Assembly: GCA_018971835.1 (NCBI GenBank) | Contig: JAGWZW010000006.1 | Location: forward strand, 7,749-71,748 | Source of the DNA: Alphaproteobacteria bacterium | GTDB lineage: Bacteria > Pseudomonadota > Alphaproteobacteria > Micropepsales > Micropepsaceae | Direction: 5' to 3' | Length of the DNA stretch: 64,000 nt | Shown here: in pieces, positions 61,078 through 64,000 of the stretch | How the letters are laid out: each line of letters opens with the position of its first letter | Numbering within the stretch: the stretch's first letter is position 1 | The notes under the pieces: generated by a model | Told to the model about the DNA's origin: nothing | Databases searched by the model: none | Seen by the model: only the letters and a program-made list of their open reading frames with translations | Position numbers and translations under genes: made by a program

Positions 61078-61743
61078 ATGAAGATTCTGATCGTCGAGGA
61101 CCACCAGCGGCTTGGCCGCTTCCTCAAGCAGAGCTTGACCGAGTACAACTACACCGTCGAATGGGCGACGACCTGCGAAAAGGCGAAAGACCATCTGGCG
61201 GAAAAAAACTTCGACGTCATAATTCTCGATCTTGGCCTGCCGGATGGCGACGGCCTGACGCTGCTGCGCGAATGGCGCGAAAATTCCTTCAACGAACCGG
61301 TGCTGATCCTGAGCGCCCGCGATTCCGTTGAGGACCGCATCAAGGGCCTCGACCTGGGCGCCGACGATTACCTGCCCAAGCCGTTCAGCCTGGAGGAACT
61401 GCTGGCCCACATCCGCGCGCTGCTACGCCGGCAATCGAGCGTGAAGCTTTCGGTGCTTGAGCATAGTGGCATCCGGCTCGATCTGCTGAGCCATACCGTC
61501 CATTTCAACGGCCTGCCGGTGGATCTGACGGGCCGGGAATTCGCCCTGCTCGAAGTCTTCATGCAAAGTCCGGGGCGAGTGCTGACCCGCACCTATATTT
61601 CCGAAAAAATTTGGCCGTCGAACTACGACATCGATGCCAACCTGTTGGACGTCTATATGAGCCGGCTGCGCGGCAAGCTGGAAACCGCGCCGGGCAAGAG
61701 CGTGTTCAAGACCGTCCGCGGGGTTGGATACCAGCTGCTATGA
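61078..61743 (+). CDS. OmpR-family response regulator (CusR/CopR-like)
   Basis: REC (MKILIVEDHQRLGRFL ... VIILDLGLPDGDG ... GADDYLPKPF) plus winged-helix domain (LTGREFALLEVF ... TVRGVGYQL). Confidence 0.9.
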   Translation: MKILIVEDHQRLGRFLKQSLTEYNYTVEWATTCEKAKDHLAEKNFDVIILDLGLPDGDGLTLLREWRENSFNEPVLILSARDSVEDRIKGLDLGADDYLPKPFSLEELLAHIRALLRRQSSVKLSVLEHSGIRLDLLSHTVHFNGLPVDLTGREFALLEVFMQSPGRVLTRTYISEKIWPSNYDIDANLLDVYMSRLRGKLETAPGKSVFKTVRGVGYQLL

Positions 61744-63170
61744 GAACGATCAAAGCCAAGCTGACGCTGTTCTATGCGCTCAGCGCTACGATCACGCTGG
61801 CCTGCCTGTTCGTCGCCGGTTACGTGCTGCTGGAAAGCCGGCTGATCCACGGCCTCGATCTTCTCAACGAAGCCGAATTCGATGAAATCCAGGCTCATCT
61901 CGGCAATGATTACGAACATCTGTCGACCGATGCCATCGATCGGCGCATCCGTGAAACCACGCAATATGCTTCAGTGCTGTTCTATGTAAACCTGCACAAC
62001 CGCAAGACCCACGACCTGTTCTATTCCAGCAACCTGAACCGCCAGATCATACCGGACGTTCCGGGCCAGCATATTTACAACACGTCCGTGCCGCATGTCG
62101 GCGAATTGCGCGTGGCCGAATTTGTGCTTCATGGCTACGACGTTACGGTCGGGACGCCGCTGGCTCCCATCCGTGCCGAAATGCGGATTTACGTTGAGGT
62201 ATCGCTGGCGCTGCTGGCGGGCATGCTGCTGGCCAGCATTGCCATCGGGTTTGGCCTCAGCCGTGTGATGCTGCAGCCGATCCGCACGATAAGCGCCACC
62301 GCCGACCGCATTCGCTCGGACAATTTGAGCGAGCGCATCCCCGTCGCCGATGTACACGATGAAATTGCTGATCTTGGCCGCCTGCTCAACCAGATGTTCG
62401 ACCGCCTTGAAGTCGCCTTCAACGAGGTCCGCCGCTTCGCCGCCGACGCCTCGCACGAGCTGAAGACGCCGCTCTCGCTGGTGCGCTTGCAGGCCGAAAA
62501 GCTGCTGGTGGACGGCAGGCTGGCCCCCGAGCACGAGGACGTGATGATCGTGCTGCTGGATGAAATAGGGCGGCTCAATCGCATCGTCGATGAATTGCTG
62601 TTCCTCTCGCGCGCCGAAGCCCACGCCATCCCGATCGAAACGACGTTGCAGGATCCCCGGCCTTTTCTTGAGGCTTTTCGGCAGGATGCCCAGGTACTTG
62701 CCGAGCATCAGAACAAGCGCTTCGACTTCATCTGCGATGGCGACGGCATGGCGGCATTCAACGAACGCTGGCTTCGCCAGGTTTTGCTCAACCTTCTGAC
62801 CAATGCGCTGAATGCCTCTCCGGTTGGCGCTGCCGTCCTGCTGCGTACGCAGTTTGCCGGAAAAATGTGGCGCGTAAGCATGGAGGATCGCGGGCCGGGG
62901 CTGCCGCCCGAGCAGCGCCAGCGCATGTTCGAGCGTTTTGTCCGCTTCGGCAATCAGGGTGACGATCGCGGCACCGGCCTTGGGCTGGCTATCTGCCGCA
63001 GCATGATCGAACTCATGGGCGGGCACATTCATGCCACCGCCGGGCCGGGCGATATCGGCCTTTGCAGCGTCTTCGAGCTACCGGCCCAGCCCTTGGCGCA
63101 TGCGGCGGCCGGCGCGCCTGGCGGGGCGGGTCTGCGCGCGCAACAGGCCGAGCCCACCGCCGCCAAGTGA
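61740..63170 (+). CDS. Sensor histidine kinase (CusS-like heavy-metal-sensor architecture)
   Basis: ATGA overlap with the regulator gene. N-terminal KLTLFYALSATITL TM, periplasmic loop, second TM, HAMP, H-box ASHELKTPLS, and HATPase (DRGPGL, GTGLGLAICR). Confidence 0.88.
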   Translation: MRTIKAKLTLFYALSATITLACLFVAGYVLLESRLIHGLDLLNEAEFDEIQAHLGNDYEHLSTDAIDRRIRETTQYASVLFYVNLHNRKTHDLFYSSNLNRQIIPDVPGQHIYNTSVPHVGELRVAEFVLHGYDVTVGTPLAPIRAEMRIYVEVSLALLAGMLLASIAIGFGLSRVMLQPIRTISATADRIRSDNLSERIPVADVHDEIADLGRLLNQMFDRLEVAFNEVRRFAADASHELKTPLSLVRLQAEKLLVDGRLAPEHEDVMIVLLDEIGRLNRIVDELLFLSRAEAHAIPIETTLQDPRPFLEAFRQDAQVLAEHQNKRFDFICDGDGMAAFNERWLRQVLLNLLTNALNASPVGAAVLLRTQFAGKMWRVSMEDRGPGLPPEQRQRMFERFVRFGNQGDDRGTGLGLAICRSMIELMGGHIHATAGPGDIGLCSVFELPAQPLAHAAAGAPGGAGLRAQQAEPTAAK

Positions 63171-63173
63171 CCG

Positions 63174-63189
63174 CGGCGCCGAAGCGCCG
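63174..63189 (+). terminator. Short GC hairpin after the kinase gene
   Basis: CGGCGC-CGAA-GCGCCG followed by ATTT, 4 nt after the stop. Short stem and weak tail. Confidence 0.3.
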
Positions 63190-63191
63190 AT

Positions 63192-63213
63192 TTCAGGTTG
63201 GCTTCAGGTTGGC
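63192..63213 (+). repeat. Perfect tandem direct repeat 2 x TTCAGGTTGGC
   Basis: 11-bp unit repeated head-to-tail, 42 bp upstream of the TTG start at 63255. The one-helical-turn periodicity is typical of OmpR-family binding sites. Confidence 0.6.
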
Positions 63214-63254
63214 GATCTAGCGTCGCGCCAGACCGTACAGAAAAGGAAGTCCCC

Positions 63255-63968
63255 TTGCGCATATCACGCTGGGCCGCGTTGCTCACGCTTGCCGCCGCCG
63301 CGATCCTGCCGGCCGCGGGCCACGCCAAGGCTGCGGTACGGATCCTGTTCGTCGTGCAGGACAAGGCCGCCGCGCCGGTGGTGGCCACCGACGCCGCGAT
63401 CAGCAAGCACCTCGAGGCGCTCGGCTACACCGTCACCAAGATCGACGAGGCCGCGCCCGTGCCGCCACCGGCAAGCGCGGACCTGATCGTCATCTCCTCC
63501 AGCATCAGCGCCCACAAGCTCGAAGGCAAATACCGCTCCGTGCCGCTGCCGGTGGTGACCTGGGAATCCTACCTGCTGCCGCACATGGGCATGTCTGGCA
63601 TGAAGGAGAACACCGATTTCGGCACGATCGAGAAGAACCGCTACCTCTGGATGGTGAACGCGCCGCACCCGCTCTCCGCCGGGCTGCCGGCGGGCATGCT
63701 CAATGTGTACAAGCGCGGCACCTCGATGAACTGGGGCAAGCCCGGGCTGGGCGCCACCATCGTCGCCACCATTGCCGGCGAGCCCGACAAGGTGGCGGAA
63801 TTCGCCTACGAGAAGGGCGCGACGATGGATTATGAAAACCTCGCCCCGGCGCGGCGGGTGTTCATTTTCCTGGACAACACCACCTTCACCAATCTGAACG
63901 ACGCGGGCGTGAAGCTGTTCGACGCGGCCATCTCCTGGTCGCTGGCCGCGCCCGAACAGACGCCTTAG
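63255..63968 (+). CDS. Secreted hypothetical protein
   Basis: TTG 63255 with an AAGGAAG Shine-Dalgarno. Signal peptide (LRISRWAALLTLAAAAILPAAGHA). Alternating beta-alpha pattern (VRILFVV ... DLIVISSS ...). No family assigned. The ORF opens at 63198. Confidence 0.55.
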   Translation: MRISRWAALLTLAAAAILPAAGHAKAAVRILFVVQDKAAAPVVATDAAISKHLEALGYTVTKIDEAAPVPPPASADLIVISSSISAHKLEGKYRSVPLPVVTWESYLLPHMGMSGMKENTDFGTIEKNRYLWMVNAPHPLSAGLPAGMLNVYKRGTSMNWGKPGLGATIVATIAGEPDKVAEFAYEKGATMDYENLAPARRVFIFLDNTTFTNLNDAGVKLFDAAISWSLAAPEQTP

Positions 63969-64000
63969 GAACCCGCGCGATGACAATCCTGCCCGTTTCC

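Noticed and set aside
63980-64000. ATG at 63980 opening a + strand ORF (MTILPVS...) at the right edge
   Set aside because: Only 7 codons are visible, too few to support a gene call.
1-64000. Search for CRISPR arrays, IS elements, integrases, prophage genes, rRNA and tRNA genes
   Set aside because: No direct-repeat/spacer arrays, transposase- or integrase-like ORFs, or structured RNA genes were recognisable. The only repeats found are short regulatory-scale ones, reported separately.

Overview
GC-rich chromosomal segment that looks alphaproteobacterial (Hyphomicrobiales-like). About 57 protein-coding genes; I saw no rRNA, tRNA, CRISPR array, transposase or integrase. Calls rest on reading the supplied ORF translations for family motifs, on start/stop geometry and on Shine-Dalgarno sequences; no database search was possible. 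Layout from left to right. (1) 490-8743: a Sinorhizobium-type chemotaxis operon (icpA-cheS-cheY1-cheA-cheW-cheR-cheB-cheY2-cheD-cheT) led by a soluble globin-coupled receptor. (2) 8840-14067: an FNR/FixK-type box followed by a six-gene operon: a Rid/chorismatase-like protein, two 2OG-Fe(II) oxygenases and ubiT-ubiU-ubiV (O2-independent ubiquinone hydroxylation). (3) 14075-19303, minus strand: a degenerate GGDEF-EAL protein, small secreted proteins, and a Cyc2-like fused monoheme cytochrome-porin directly followed by a dihaem c4 cytochrome, the same order as cyc2-cyc1 in Acidithiobacillus. (4) 19346-29130: a TonB receptor-EthD-GMC oxidoreductase-SDR-SDR-MFS operon with a sigma-54 promoter and a divergent XylR/DmpR-type activator. 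(5) 29144-37313: a translationally coupled hdrL-mvhD-metV-metF-hdrCB operon, an anaerobe-type heterodisulfide-reductase-linked methylene-THF reductase module. I rate this the most unusual system in the window. (6) 37583-44633: a TonB receptor-MFS-VOC operon, NTF2-like and tandem EthD-like proteins, and a NodD-like LysR regulator. (7) 44870-47750: archease-rtcB-CapA-like. (8) 47760-51394: phosphoribosyltransferase, dienelactone hydrolase, APH-like kinase and a Prs paralogue with a second FixK-type box, reminiscent of hypoxia/dormancy regulons. (9) 51404-63968: a histidine kinase with a CxxCH periplasmic domain, an RND efflux operon preceded by two beta-propeller proteins, and an OmpR/CusS-like two-component pair flanked by TTCAGG repeats. 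Low-oxygen and redox functions recur across the window.
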